Below are positions 19,017 to 27,674 of a DNA stretch of 64,000 bases, in pieces. The notes beneath the pieces were generated by a model. It was not told where the DNA came from. It ran no database searches and saw nothing but the letters and a program-made list of their open reading frames with translations. Positions within the stretch are counted from its first letter, which is position 1. Each line of letters starts with the position of its first letter. Source of the DNA: a virus (Duplodnaviria; Caudoviricetes); IMG/VR virus record IMGVR_UViG_3300027419_000029, positions 6,330 through 70,329 of that record; one strand, given 5' to 3'. The position numbers were made by a program, and so were the translations under genes.

Positions 19017-19559
19017 TTAACCAATATCTGATCCAATGTTTTCTTCTGCTTCTTGCATATCTAAATATTTTTGTATTACCCAACCCGGTAAGTGTTCTTT
19101 TAGCTCCTCTTGAAAGGCAATATATAAATATAAAGGCAAGTATGTAGTCGAATTAAAATACAATGGATTAAAGCAAAAAAACGTGTACTTATCAAAAGGT
19201 ACTTGTTTGATAATTTTTGCATCTAAAGCTTTTTTCCAAAAAGGGCTGAATTTGGTCCTGTGAAGGCCAATCATTTCTTGTATGTCTTGCTTATTCAAAG
19301 GAATAATATCGCTGTTGCTTCTTTTTGCCAATAAATTAGTATCAGAATATATGTGACGACTAAGACGATAAAGCTTCCCAACTTCTGTATCGGTGAAGTT
19401 CTCAGGAAGAGGGATGTCTAAATAGCTTTTTGTATTAATGGACTTATATTTAAAATTATATCCATGGCCATCTTTAAACGGTTGATACAACTTAACCGTA
19501 CTTTCATTTACAATTTCTCCATTTTCAGTGATGCTAGTCCGCTTGAAGTATGTGCTCAT
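19017..19559 (-). CDS. RepL-like winged-helix protein (plasmid-type replication/maintenance)
   Basis: PLNKQDIQEMIGLHRTKFSPFWKKALDAKII...FNPLYF pattern; ATG 19559 preferred over the 19643 start. Confidence 0.5.
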   Translation of the reverse strand: MSTYFKRTSITENGEIVNESTVKLYQPFKDGHGYNFKYKSINTKSYLDIPLPENFTDTEVGKLYRLSRHIYSDTNLLAKRSNSDIIPLNKQDIQEMIGLHRTKFSPFWKKALDAKIIKQVPFDKYTFFCFNPLYFNSTTYLPLYLYIAFQEELKEHLPGWVIQKYLDMQEAEENIGSDIG

Positions 19560-19810
19560 GGTTAACCACTTCCAATAATGACCCTTTTGGGTGCAGATTT
19601 TGAAAATTATGTACCTTTTTGGGTCACTAGAAAACAGGCTCAACGCCTTTATTTATATGGCTTTGCTCAAATCACTCAGGCAGACACGTATAATATAATA
19701 TATATACGTCTTTTCCCAACCAGTTTTTCCACTAAAAAAGCACAAGGTTTTTGCCCTGCGCTCTTTACAAATATTACATTATGAATTATAACACATAACA
19801 AAAGACTTGT

Positions 19811-19876
19811 GTGGGACAACTGTGGGACAACTTTGGGACATAAATGGGACAAAAGTGGGACATTTTCGGGACATTT
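19811..19876. repeat. Six tandem 11-bp iteron-like repeats, core GGGACA
   Basis: gtgggacaact x2, ttgggacataa, atgggacaaaa, gtgggacattt, tcgggacattt; orphan copy at 20041. Confidence 0.9.
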
Positions 19877-20716
19877 TTTGCCAGTTTTATTGATAGATGC
19901 GCCATTCTTTAAAATATTATTGTAGTAGATTTTTTATTGATTATTTTTTAATAGATTTATCCTCATGTTTAACAATAAGTATTTTAATAAATAATATCCT
20001 TGCCCTGACACTGCTAAGCCCTTCCATGCGCCTTTAGGTTAGGGACATTTTTGAGAGGGGGAACTCTCCGCGCCCTTGATCTAGATGCCCCCCAGGGGTC
20101 TCGCTAAAATCTTTTCTGCTGCTGTTTTAGATGCCCTAAAGATGGCTCAACCACTAGATATAGTGTTGTTGTGCAAGATTAGGCTGAATCATGCATATAT
20201 AGTACCGAATCTAGTGTAAAACGGTACTATAGCATGAAACATATACCAGTTCGTCATGTGGTATAGGTTTTTGATGTGCGCATTGGGTGTCGAGTGCGGT
20301 AAAACATACTATTTTACTATGTAATATAGGTTTATTTTAGGCAAAACACACTGTGTCAAGCTCTAAGCCTTTACACCTATGGTCTACGCACTACAAGATA
20401 TATAATATAATAATAAATAAAATAATATATATCAATATCATAATGGTCGCATAGCACCAGTATAGATAGCATTGATATAACTAGTGTATAACGATTGTAA
20501 GCAAGGGCTAAGCTAACACTGTATGAATGACTACGGCATATGGACCATGATGTGCATGCTCTAGAGCAGAACGTATTAATGTATATGTGATAGATATGCA
20601 AGGGCCTAGCATAAGTGCTACTAGCATATGCCTGTCAAGGTTAAACCCTTTACACATAATGACGTTAGATTCATTATAAAAACATTGATTTAATTCATAT
20701 AAACGATAGATATGTA

Positions 20717-20745
20717 TTGACTATATATGAACTCTATGATATACT
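20717..20745 (+). promoter_or_regulatory. Sigma-A-type promoter of the radC island
   Basis: TTGACT-N17-TATACT with extended TG. Confidence 0.7.
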
Positions 20746-20796
20746 TAGTACATAGTAATTAATACATACTAAATCAAAGGAAGAGAGGTTTTAAGA

Positions 20797-21246
20797 ATGT
20801 CACGAATAGCAATGGTTAGTGTAAGAATGGTTAAGGATTCAAGTAACAATTATCCGGGTTTAGGGCGTAAAATCAAGAGCCCTGATGATGTCAATGACAT
20901 AGTCAACAGGGTACTGGATATTAATAGCTCTACAGTAGAAAGGTTTGGTATCTTACTATTGAATACCAAAAACAATGTTTTAGGGGTGCATGTCTTGTCA
21001 GTCGGCACAGTAAACGCTTCATTAGTCAGTCCTAGGGATGTTTACCAGTCGGCATTGCTAGCAAATGCAGTACAGATTATCGCATTCCATAATCATCCAA
21101 GTGGTGATTCAACGCCAAGTAAAGAAGATGTATCCATTACCAAAAGATTGGTTGAAGCTGGCAAGATAATAGGTATAGAACTTGTTGACCACATAGTCAT
21201 AGGTGATAACAATTTCTACAGTTTCAAAAGTAATGGATTGATTTAA
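20797..21246 (+). CDS. radC: RadC-like JAB-domain protein
   Basis: ERFGILLLN...HNHPSGDSTPSKED...LVDHIVIG. Confidence 0.9.
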   Translation: MSRIAMVSVRMVKDSSNNYPGLGRKIKSPDDVNDIVNRVLDINSSTVERFGILLLNTKNNVLGVHVLSVGTVNASLVSPRDVYQSALLANAVQIIAFHNHPSGDSTPSKEDVSITKRLVEAGKIIGIELVDHIVIGDNNFYSFKSNGLI

Positions 21247-21449
21247 AGTTTCAGGTAACCTCTTATCTTGTGTCGTACCACACGGCACTTGATAAGGGCT
21301 ACTATAAAGAATTGCACAGGGGTTTATATGCACTCAATTTGAAAAGTGGAGTTTTGGATCCATAATCTTTTTAACTGGTTAACCCAATCGTGACTGGATT
21401 GACCTCTCGAACTTAAAATATCAAAACATAATTAAAGGAGAAATTTAAA

Positions 21450-21890
21450 ATGGCAAAAAAAATTATTAGCGGTAAGCAGTATGATACTGAAAAAGCAGTT
21501 AGCATCGGGACCTGGTCCAATGGATTGATTGATATTGATCCAAATTACATTATTGAATGTTTATACAAGAAAAGAACTGGGGAATTTTTTCTATCATGTG
21601 AGGGTGGAGAATCTACAAAGTATGCAGTATCTTCGGGCAATACATGGACTCAAGGGTCTAAAATTATTCCGTTAAGCTATGAAGAAGCAAAGCAATGGTC
21701 CAATGAAAAGCTCAGTCAAATTGAATATGATACTAATTTTGGAGCAATATCTAATGACTACGAAAGTAAGGAAACGCTATTTTTAACGATCAGTTCTGCT
21801 ATGTATGACAAATTAGATAGGTTAGTTTCTGAAAGAGGAAATGGCGCTACAAAGTCTTCAATAATTGAGGAATTAATTGCATCTATTTAA
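21450..21890 (+). CDS. Hypothetical MGE protein with C-terminal ribbon-helix-helix
   Basis: YDTEKA...LYKKRTGEFFL domain; LTISSAMYDKLDRL...KSSIIEELI. Confidence 0.55.
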   Translation: MAKKIISGKQYDTEKAVSIGTWSNGLIDIDPNYIIECLYKKRTGEFFLSCEGGESTKYAVSSGNTWTQGSKIIPLSYEEAKQWSNEKLSQIEYDTNFGAISNDYESKETLFLTISSAMYDKLDRLVSERGNGATKSSIIEELIASI

Positions 21891-21920
21891 TTTATATTAT
21901 CTAAAATGAGGTGAAGTCAT

Positions 21921-22184
21921 TTGAAGACGATAGCAAAGAGCATTGAAATGATATGTCAAACAGATCCTGATGGTACAATGCATCCAATACGCTTTAAGAT
22001 AGCTGGTAAAGATGGAGAGCATCAAGTGTATGATATATTAAGGGTAATCAAGACAACAGAAGGTAACTTGGTAGGTAATAGAACGCGCATATTTGAGTGT
22101 GAGATTGTATTGAATGATAAGTATAAGCTCTGTGAGATTAAATATGAATTGGACAGCTGCAAATGGGTGTTGTTTAAAATTTGA
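21921..22184 (+). CDS. Small Clostridial protein resembling those I recall next to dinB
   Basis: KSIEMI...PIRFKI...GNRTRIFEC...EIKYELDSCKWVLFKI; recalled similarity only. Confidence 0.45.
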   Translation: MKTIAKSIEMICQTDPDGTMHPIRFKIAGKDGEHQVYDILRVIKTTEGNLVGNRTRIFECEIVLNDKYKLCEIKYELDSCKWVLFKI

Positions 22185-22491
22185 TTAAACGCTCAAGATA
22201 TAGATATATTCAATGTGATATTTATTTAACATATATTTGGTTTCGCTTTTGAGTGAGCGCATATATCTCTATATATCTATTTCTATATCTGTATCTGTAT
22301 CTGTTTATGTACTAATGTATGAATTAATTAATGTTATTGTATACATTAATCATTGAAATGTTACATCATGCATACATTAACCATCAAAACAAGCAAAAAC
22401 AGTGTAATTTCATAAAATATTATAATTAGGTTATTTAAGGTCAAGGCTGTATATTTTTTAACAATATAATAAAGATAAGGAGGTGTGTAAA

Positions 22492-23091
22492 ATGGGTTTG
22501 AAATTACCGAAAATCACAGATCAGGATGGAGTAAAAGCAATGCTTAGCGAGATTAATTTAAATTGTCCAACTGGGGCAAGAAACAACGCAATGATCTTAA
22601 TGATGTATAGAGCTGGATTAAGAATTTCAGAGGTTTGTAAGCTAGGAGAATCGGATGTTAATTTCAAGACTGGAATGATTTATATTCAGCAGTCAAAAGG
22701 TAAGGAAGGTAAGAAGAAAGATCGATATGTGCCTATGGATGAAGACATAGTGAATGCCTGTAAACATTGGTTGAAGTTTAGACCAAATTGTAAATTCTTC
22801 TTTTGTACGCTTGATGGCAATATAGTCATTGATAGGTACCTTAGGCAAGTATGTTATAGAATATCCGAACGTGCTGGCGTTTTTATTAATAATAACGGAG
22901 AATTAAAGCCAGTAAACCCCCATGCTTTACGTCATACTTATGCAACCGAGCTACTTGAAGAGGGATTTGATATAAGGTCTTTACAGGAGCTATTGGGTCA
23001 TGGTGATATAAATACAACAGTCGTTTATACTCACGTTAAAATGAATAAGCTGCAAGAGCAGATAAATAACAGAAAAAGCTTAATCCAATAG
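22492..23091 (+). CDS. Short tyrosine recombinase (catalytic domain only, FimB/resolvase-like)
   Basis: AGLRISE, HALRHTYAT, LLGH, VYTH; about 200 aa. Confidence 0.9.
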   Translation: MGLKLPKITDQDGVKAMLSEINLNCPTGARNNAMILMMYRAGLRISEVCKLGESDVNFKTGMIYIQQSKGKEGKKKDRYVPMDEDIVNACKHWLKFRPNCKFFFCTLDGNIVIDRYLRQVCYRISERAGVFINNNGELKPVNPHALRHTYATELLEEGFDIRSLQELLGHGDINTTVVYTHVKMNKLQEQINNRKSLIQ

Positions 23092-23329
23092 GGTTAGGCT
23101 TTTATTTTGTAAAATAAATATCGAAATGAATTAATTCAGCACAAAGATGATTATCGGTTGCCATTATTTGGGTAAGACAGATATCATTGAAGATGAATTA
23201 ATATCTGCTAATACCTTTTACATACTCATATCGGGATGTGTAATAAAGACAATTGCAAAGAACTTAAGGATGAACATAATAAAATATGAAAAGGCTTTGA
23301 CAAGTTTATTATTCAAACTTACAAAGCCA

Positions 23330-23554
23330 CTATAATCTCTTTTCCCATTTTATATTATAGCCTAAAAATCTAGCTATTTTTTTTAATTCAGAATATCTTA
23401 AAGTCTCGTTCGTTAGTTTGTTATTTAATTGCTGCTTTGACATTCTTAATTCTTCAGCAATTCGTTGTAATTCATGACCTTCGGACCAAGTATAAAACTT
23501 AACTTCTTCTTTAATATTCAACTTTTGAATCGCCCCCATAAATTTCCTAAACAT
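23330..23554 (-). CDS. HTH transcriptional regulator
   Basis: LQRIAEELRMSKQQLNNKL. Confidence 0.65.
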   Translation of the reverse strand: MFRKFMGAIQKLNIKEEVKFYTWSEGHELQRIAEELRMSKQQLNNKLTNETLRYSELKKIARFLGYNIKWEKRL

Positions 23555-23644
23555 ATACAGTTGATTATAATATATAATAGTAGATACTTATATACAGCGG
23601 TAAACTATATGGTGTACTAAAAATTTGACAGGACGATAAACATC

Positions 23645-23848
23645 ATGCGAATAATATTAAAAGTAAGAGAAAACAGACTTGAGAAAGATTGGTCATTAAG
23701 AGATCTCTCGCATCAAACGGGTATAAGCAAAAGCGAATTAAGCAAAATTGAAAACGGATTAGCTGAGCCATCTATTACAAACTACATAAAGCTGTGTCTT
23801 GCTTTTGGAATTATCGTACCCGAAAACAAATTACTAACAATTGAATGA
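23645..23848 (+). CDS. XRE-family HTH regulator
   Basis: WSLRDLSHQTGISKSELSKIENG; divergent from 23330-23554. Confidence 0.8.
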   Translation: MRIILKVRENRLEKDWSLRDLSHQTGISKSELSKIENGLAEPSITNYIKLCLAFGIIVPENKLLTIE

Positions 23849-23958
23849 TGTCCACCATTGTGGACAAGATTTATGATACAATATTGTCGCGAAAAAGAGA
23901 GAATATTAAAATAAATTGTAAAGAGGTGAGGTTGCTGATTCATGGACGAAAAATGCAG

Positions 23959-23987
23959 TTTACACGAACAAACATTCGTGTTATAAT
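23959..23987 (+). promoter_or_regulatory. Sigma-A promoter with a LexA/DinR (Cheo) box in the spacer
   Basis: TTTACA-N17-TATAAT; CGAACAAACATTCG at 23965-23978. Confidence 0.7.
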
Positions 23988-24045
23988 GCAAGGAAGAGAA
24001 TTTAACCAGAAAATAGACACTTGTTAACGCAATAGGAGGGGACAA

Positions 24046-24294
24046 ATGGGTAACTGGAATTTGGGTGGAGTTGAACTAGAAGAGTACATTAGCAGAACTT
24101 GTTCAAATGAATTAAAAAAGAACGAAGAATACAATTTATTGACAGAGAAGTGCATATCAATGTTCCGAGAAATAGTAAACAAACTGGATGATGACAAAGA
24201 CATTATGTTCGATTATGAAGAAACTATATCGAGAATGGATGAGATAATCGAACTAACATGTTTTAAGATAGGTGCAAGGGCATTAAGTGCATAA
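24046..24294 (+). CDS. Small acidic helical protein, probably SOS-inducible
   Basis: 82 aa, RBS AGGAGG, downstream of the SOS-box promoter. Confidence 0.6.
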   Translation: MGNWNLGGVELEEYISRTCSNELKKNEEYNLLTEKCISMFREIVNKLDDDKDIMFDYEETISRMDEIIELTCFKIGARALSA

Positions 24295-24306
24295 ATTCCA
24301 ATTATA

Positions 24307-24334
24307 AAAGGGATACCTGGTGGGGTATCCCTTT
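24307..24334 (+). terminator. Intrinsic terminator
   Basis: AAAGGGATACC-N6-GGTATCCCTTT. Confidence 0.7.
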
Positions 24335-24338
24335 GTCG

Positions 24339-24630
24339 TTGGCTGTAATAAATCATGTAAATTTTGAATGGCTGTCAAAATGGCTGACAGAGTATTTTCT
24401 GAGACTAATAAAATCGATAGAATCGCGTGCAGTCGAGGGGACTTGAACCCCTACCCAAGTAATATGGACTAGATCCTTAGCCTAGCATTCGTGTCTTATA
24501 AGAAACGCGCTTTTCCAATATCCTAGAGTATTATAACATCCGATGACATTCATGTCAAGAGCAAAAAAGTGTCCTAAAGTAGTATAATTCATGTCTTAAT
24601 TTATGCCTTGGCTGTCAATTTGGCTGACAG
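24339..24630. mobile_element. attP site: core is the 3' half of tRNA-Leu(AAG) (24428-24486, minus) with flanking arm-type repeats
   Basis: CTAGG-CTAAGGA-TCTAG, variable arm, AGGGG-TTCAAGT-CCCCT-CGACTGC-A; TGGCTG(T/A)CA pairs at 24369-24390 and 24609-24630. Confidence 0.8.
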
Positions 24631-25725
24631 GTTTTTTGGATAAAGCGTTCTCTATTTTCTTGGCTGCATCTTCATGCATGTCATCAGTTGTGTGCTGATA
24701 GATATTCTTTAGCATCGCGGTAGAGGCGTGCCCAAGTCTTTCAGAAGCCACTTTATCAGATATGCCATACTTAAGCATGATGATTGCATTATAATGTCTT
24801 AGGTCATGAAATCTAATTACAGGTAAGTCATATTTAATTAATAATTTTTTAAAATGCTCTGAATAAGCAGCTGGTTTAAACTTATCACAAACACGTTCAG
24901 GAACAACATCTAAAGAGCCTAAATAATTTTTAATTACTTGCATTACAAATGGATACGTGATTATTGTTCTTTTACTTGATTCACTTTTGGGGTCTTTGAT
25001 TATATACTTGTCCCACTTAACCTTTGTTTCTTCGACAGTAATGGTGTTTTCTTTAAAATCCAAATCAACAGATCTGATGCCAAACACTTCACCTCGTCTA
25101 AGACCTACCGCACCAGCCAATAATATCGGTATTTCATCAAATGTACCTGCAACTGCATCTAAAAGATTATTAAACTTTTCTTCATTATAAATCTTAGGCT
25201 TATAAACAACTTTTTTTATTGGGGTAACTTTGCTAGCAGGGTTTGATTCAATAATATCATTAGTAACTGCATAATTTAATGCGGTAAGAATTAACTTGTG
25301 AAGCTTTATAACAGTATTAGGAGAAAGTTTCTTATTATTCTTAACGTCATATACCTCTTCGAGTTTTTTGTTATAGAATTCGTCAAGAACCATAGGTTTG
25401 AGATCCTTAAGCTTAACAGCGCCAATGACAGGAATAATATGCTTGTCCAAATACATTTTATAAAGAGATGCTGTTGTTACTGCTAGCTTTGGTTTGTGAA
25501 TTGTATACCACTTATTCAGCATTGATTCAAATGAGGTATTTCGGTTATTTATGAATCTTCTTTTTCAATATCTTCTTCCAATTTGTTGTATAGTCTTTTA
25601 ACTTCTTTTTCCGAGTCTGCATATACACTGACACGTTCACGTTTTTTATTGTTTAAATCCGTATTAGGTACCTCAATTGTGCCGACCCATTTGCCGTCTC
25701 TTTTCCGTTGATAAATACTACCCAT
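24596..25725 (-). pseudogene. int: Tyrosine integrase split by a 1-nt frameshift (58-aa arm-binding part 25549-25725; core 24596-25564)
   Basis: MGSIYQRKRDGKW N-domain ends EKEDS*; the catalytic part (GLRRGE, RFHDLRH, RLGH, IYQH) continues in the -1 frame from the A5 run at 25561-25565. Confidence 0.8.
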
Positions 25726-25735
25726 AAAATTACAC

Positions 25736-26092
25736 CTACTTTCTTAAATTTGTAGTAAATTCAATAAGTTCAATTAATTTTTCTGGTGTTATGCCGTTGT
25801 TATAAGCTATTTTGATTGCGTTAATATATTCTTTTGGCAATCCTATAAGTTCTTTTGAATTTCGATCAGTAATTGAATTTTCAATGGTTTGATTTTTTAA
25901 AGTCATGGAATCAACAGACACACCAAAAAAATCCGCAATATTCTTAGCAACGTCTAATGTAGGCACAATGTCACCGCGTTCGTATTTTGAAATAGTAGAT
26001 TTAGATTTAATTCCTGCAAACTTTGCAAGCTCTTCTTGACTTGATCCTTTTTCTCTTCTTAGTTTTTTTAAATTGGCACCATATATATTCAT
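25736..26092 (-). CDS. CI-like repressor (XRE HTH)
   Basis: SQEELAKFAGIKSKSTISKYERG; divergent from the cro-like gene, upstream of int. Confidence 0.85.
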   Translation of the reverse strand: MNIYGANLKKLRREKGSSQEELAKFAGIKSKSTISKYERGDIVPTLDVAKNIADFFGVSVDSMTLKNQTIENSITDRNSKELIGLPKEYINAIKIAYNNGITPEKLIELIEFTTNLRK

Positions 26093-26196
26093 TGTATAGC
26101 CTCCAAATCATTCAAATCAAATGTTGTTACATATTATATTATACACTAAAATATCATATTGTAAATAAAAAAGTTTCTTTTAATGCATATTTAGTC

Positions 26197-26224
26197 TTGA
26201 CAATATTTGGATAGATGATATAAT
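26197..26224 (+). promoter_or_regulatory. Lytic (cro) promoter
   Basis: TTGACA-N16-TATAAT with extended TG. Confidence 0.8.
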
Positions 26225-26228
26225 GACA

Positions 26229-26244
26229 GTATCGTATAAGACAC
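26229..26244. promoter_or_regulatory. Putative operator GTNTC-N6-GACAC (other copies 26503-26518 and 24491-24506)
   Basis: GTATCGTATAAGACAC; GTGTCGAAAAAGACAC; reverse complement of the attP copy is GTTTCTTATAAGACAC. Confidence 0.55.
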
Positions 26245-26262
26245 ATCAAAGGAGATGATAAG

Positions 26263-26532
26263 ATGAAAAAAGAAAAAACAATGTACTTATTTCTTAAATA
26301 TTTAAGGAATAGACTAAACATTAAGCAGTATGATTTTGCTCAATTAATTGGCGTGGCACCTTGTCAATACGGCAAAAAAGAGAATGGGGAGCAACCTTGG
26401 TTCCTAAATGAATGTGAACTTATAAGGGGGTACATAAATAAAGAGTTAAAAAAGAAAGGAGAAGATCCGCTAACTATTGATGAGATTTTTGTCGGGGAAA
26501 AGGTGTCGAAAAAGACACATAAAGCGGGTTAA
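26263..26532 (+). CDS. Cro-like HTH protein
   Basis: KQYDFAQLIGVAPCQYGKKENG. Confidence 0.8.
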   Translation: MKKEKTMYLFLKYLRNRLNIKQYDFAQLIGVAPCQYGKKENGEQPWFLNECELIRGYINKELKKKGEDPLTIDEIFVGEKVSKKTHKAG

Positions 26533-26557
26533 ACAAATTATTTGGAGGCTAACATTT

Positions 26558-27340
26558 ATGAGTGAATTGAGGGTAATTGAAAGGCAAAACAAAAGGGTTT
26601 TGTTAACGGCTCAGTTAGCAGAGCAGTATCAAACGGATGTTAATAACATTCAAAACAATTTTTTTAATCATAAGGACAGATTTGAAGAAGGAAAACAGTA
26701 TCATATCCTTCAAGGTGATGAATTAAGGCAACTAAAACGCGAAGTCAATAATATTGACCTTGTGCCAGTAAATGTTAATAAGTTATACCTTTGGACTGAA
26801 TCAGGCGCATTAAGACATGCAAAGATTCTTGATACAGATAAGGCATGGGAAACTTATGAAATACTTGAGGATACATATTTCAGTATTAAAGAAGGTCAAT
26901 TTGATACCTCTAGTTTAAGCCCGGATCTACAGATGTTTAATTTATTATTTAAGTCGGTTGCAACTCAGCAACTTCAAGTGAGCCAACTTGGACAAGCTGT
27001 TACAGCTCAAGCAACACAAATACAAAACATAAAAGACACCATTGTACAACGACCTGATAACTGGCGCAAAGAGATTAATGAAATGCTCAATAAAATTGCT
27101 TATGTACTCGGTGAGAATGAATTTAGGAACATCAGGACAGAAAGCTATAAGCTTCTAAGCGCAAGGGCAGGAGTAAGGCTTGAGCAACGGCTAGAAAACC
27201 TAAAGAAAAAGCTTTATAGCGAAGGACACAGCAAAACTGCAGTTAAAGTCTGCAAGCTTGATTGTATTGAAGATGATAAAAAGCTTAGAGAGATTTATAC
27301 GGCGATTGTTAAAGAGTACATGATTAAGTATGTGGCTTAA
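26558..27340 (+). CDS. Antirepressor (ORF6N-domain)
   Basis: RVLLTAQLAEQYQT...RFEEGKQYHIL...LYLWTESGALRHAKILDTDKAW. Confidence 0.85.
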   Translation: MSELRVIERQNKRVLLTAQLAEQYQTDVNNIQNNFFNHKDRFEEGKQYHILQGDELRQLKREVNNIDLVPVNVNKLYLWTESGALRHAKILDTDKAWETYEILEDTYFSIKEGQFDTSSLSPDLQMFNLLFKSVATQQLQVSQLGQAVTAQATQIQNIKDTIVQRPDNWRKEINEMLNKIAYVLGENEFRNIRTESYKLLSARAGVRLEQRLENLKKKLYSEGHSKTAVKVCKLDCIEDDKKLREIYTAIVKEYMIKYVA

Positions 27341-27351
27341 AAATAAAAATA

Positions 27352-27672
27352 ATGGAGGAATGTTTTATGGTAAATATTCAAGGATTAAACAAGGCAGAAG
27401 TATTAAGTACGCTCTTTAATAAGTCAAAGATTCAAGGGTTTAATGTTCAAATGGTGGCCATGGGATTGATGGAATATCCGAAAGATATGACTACAGTTGA
27501 GGCGCAAGCTATTTTAGATGGAATGGGTATTCAAAAATACTTTGATTATCTGAATGGAAAAGTAATGAAAGTTGACCTATCTTCTGACGTTGAATTTGAT
27601 GAATGGGGATACGATCGAGATAACGGAGAAGGCGCAGCACAAAGAGCCATTGACTCTTTTAGAAATCATTAA
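27352..27672 (+). CDS. Hypothetical phage protein
   Basis: 106 aa; YFDYLNGKVMKVDLS...YDRDNGEGAAQRAI. Confidence 0.6.
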   Translation: MEECFMVNIQGLNKAEVLSTLFNKSKIQGFNVQMVAMGLMEYPKDMTTVEAQAILDGMGIQKYFDYLNGKVMKVDLSSDVEFDEWGYDRDNGEGAAQRAIDSFRNH

Positions 27673-27674
27673 AA

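Noticed and set aside
19811-19876. CRISPR mini-array
   Set aside because: 11-bp period with no unique spacers; no cas genes in the window
20648-20675. dif-like Xer site (TTTACACATAA TGACGT TAGATTCATTA)
   Set aside because: Only one arm resembles dif; the second arm lacks TTA symmetry
23330-23848. Toxin-antitoxin or anti-CRISPR (aca) locus
   Set aside because: Two HTH genes only; no toxin motif or identifiable Acr can be supported from sequence alone
24428-24486. Functional tRNA-Leu gene
   Set aside because: 5' acceptor strand and D-arm are missing; better explained as the att core
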